Of a DNA stretch of 32,000 bases, positions 31,028-32,000 are shown piece by piece. A model generated the notes under the pieces. The model saw only the letters and a list, made by a program, of their open reading frames with translations. It made no database searches and was not told the DNA's origin. A program made the translations under genes and the position numbers. Position 1 is the stretch's first letter; each line of letters opens with the position of its first letter. This DNA comes from Halomicrobium mukohataei DSM 12286 (GTDB lineage Archaea; Halobacteriota; Halobacteria; Halobacteriales; Haloarculaceae), in assembly GCF_000023965.1 (NCBI RefSeq), contig NC_013202.1:1620001-1652000 (forward strand). The letters are read 5' to 3'.

Positions 31028-31618
31028 ATGAGCACTCCACCGGGGGAGTACTACACGGAGGAACGGTGGCAAAACTGGATCGATCGTCTCGACGAAGAGG
31101 AGATCGATCCGGAAGACGAAGATTCCGCTCGCCTGCTGTTGAATCTGCAGGACGATGCGGCGATCGCCGTCGCCAAGATCATCACCGATCACGACGACGA
31201 GTTGATCGATCGGGAGACCGCGCTCGAGGAGATCGCGGACATCCGCGCGATCGTCCTCGAAGAGATCGACCTCGACGACGAGGAGACCGTCATGCTGATC
31301 GACGGCGTCCAGACCTCCCTCGTCTGTGTCTTCTACGCCGCCGAGGAGTACATCGCCGAGGGGCCTGCCGAGGAAGGGACCGTCATCGACTACATCGAGG
31401 CCGCGGCCGACGCCGAGGCCGAGGAAGACCTCGACGCGGCGCTCGGTTACTGCGTCCAGGCCGGCACGCTGGTCATCGACGGCGAGGAACTCGACGTGGA
31501 CGCGGCCGCCGAACTCGAATACGGGCTGGTCTCGGAGTGGGCCAACGGACTCGATAGCCTCCAGACGGCAATGAGCGACCCCGAGGTCGTCGAAGAAGAC
31601 GAAGAGGGCGACGCGTAG
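31028..31618 (+). CDS. Conserved haloarchaeal acidic protein (DUF2150-like)
   Basis: 196-aa highly acidic helical ORF starting [25 protein letters not shown]. The family name comes from memory of similar halobacterial proteins and is unverified. Confidence 0.55.
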   Translation: MSTPPGEYYTEERWQNWIDRLDEEEIDPEDEDSARLLLNLQDDAAIAVAKIITDHDDELIDRETALEEIADIRAIVLEEIDLDDEETVMLIDGVQTSLVCVFYAAEEYIAEGPAEEGTVIDYIEAAADAEAEEDLDAALGYCVQAGTLVIDGEELDVDAAAELEYGLVSEWANGLDSLQTAMSDPEVVEEDEEGDA

Positions 31619-31680
31619 TCGTTATCGTTTGGATCATAGCTGCGGACAGCTTTTTTACCGGGTACTGACAAGGACGGGCA

Positions 31681-32000
31681 ATGGGACTCCGGGACGACGA
31701 CCGCGCCCAGTCGGTCCAGATCGGAGCGGTGTTGCTGTTCGCGATGCTCGTCGTCGCGTTTTCGAGCTATCAGGCGTTCGTCGTCCCGAACCAGAACCGC
31801 GCGGTCGAGTTCAACCACAACCAGGACGTCCGAGACCAGATGCAGGATCTGCGCAACGCACTGGTCTCGATCCACGGCGAGACGGCGACCAGGTCGGTGA
31901 CGCTGACACTCGGGACCCGCTATCCCGCCAGACTCGTCGCCGTCAACCCCGGCCCCGCCTCGGGGACGATTCGCACCAGCGAAACCGCGGAGTCAGGGGC
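31681..32000 (+). CDS. Archaeal type IV pilin-like protein with a class III signal peptide (partial, runs off the window)
   Basis: MGLRDDDRAQSVQIGAVLLFAMLVVAFSSYQAFVVP has a charged leader, an (R/K)(A/G)Q-type processing motif and a hydrophobic helix. The ORF is open to the end of the window and is not in the ORF track. Confidence 0.5.
   Translation, partial: MGLRDDDRAQSVQIGAVLLFAMLVVAFSSYQAFVVPNQNRAVEFNHNQDVRDQMQDLRNALVSIHGETATRSVTLTLGTRYPARLVAVNPGPASGTIRTSETAESG

Noticed and set aside
1-32000. CRISPR arrays, rRNA genes, reverse transcriptase/retron or DGR signatures
   Set aside because: No regularly spaced direct repeats were seen, no rRNA-like conserved stretches, and no YxDD-containing ORF on either strand.

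Overview
High-GC haloarchaeal chromosomal segment, judged from acidic proteomes, Tat/lipobox signals and leaderless-type TATA spacing. All GC statements are by eye; nothing was computed. Conserved host genes lie at both ends. On the left are an amino-acid ABC transporter, a GNAT gene, Nif3 and an SprT-like gene. On the right are tRNA-Pro(GGG), the cbf5-cmk-DUF106-adk block, an acidic protein and a pilin-like gene. About 23 kb of accessory DNA lies between them. (1) An integrated element of about 19.4 kb (8139-27559) is bounded by a 15-bp direct repeat, AGTGGGACCGCCGAG, which is the 3' end of tRNA-Pro. It has a tyrosine integrase at the distal end. It also has a long, tightly coupled minus-strand gene train: FtsK/HerA-type packaging ATPase, two capsid-sized ORFs, and membrane and spike-like ORFs. 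The gene order resembles SH1/SNJ1-type membrane-containing icosahedral haloviruses. (2) A markedly AT-rich cargo island inside that element (about 10.1-14.4 kb) carries two PhiH1-repressor-like wHTH genes, a Ymh/TIGR02391-type HEPN protein, an IS1595-family IS, a RelE/ParE-like pair, a catalytic-domain-only tyrosine recombinase and VapBC. (3) Left of attL is a second AT-rich islet (about 5.2-7.6 kb) with a 502-aa protein ending in an Rx4H HEPN-like module, a small wHTH and a coiled-coil/TM protein. It is flanked by a frameshifted gene remnant and a hairpin-rich 590-bp non-coding stretch. This looks like the decayed remnant of an earlier insertion. Other items: an 80-bp palindromic MITE that splits the GNAT gene, several sub-60-aa ORFs supported by ATGA start/stop overlaps, and several repeats. 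The two HEPN islets are my best candidates for an undescribed defence or exclusion function. All family assignments rest on motif recognition by eye, not on searches.
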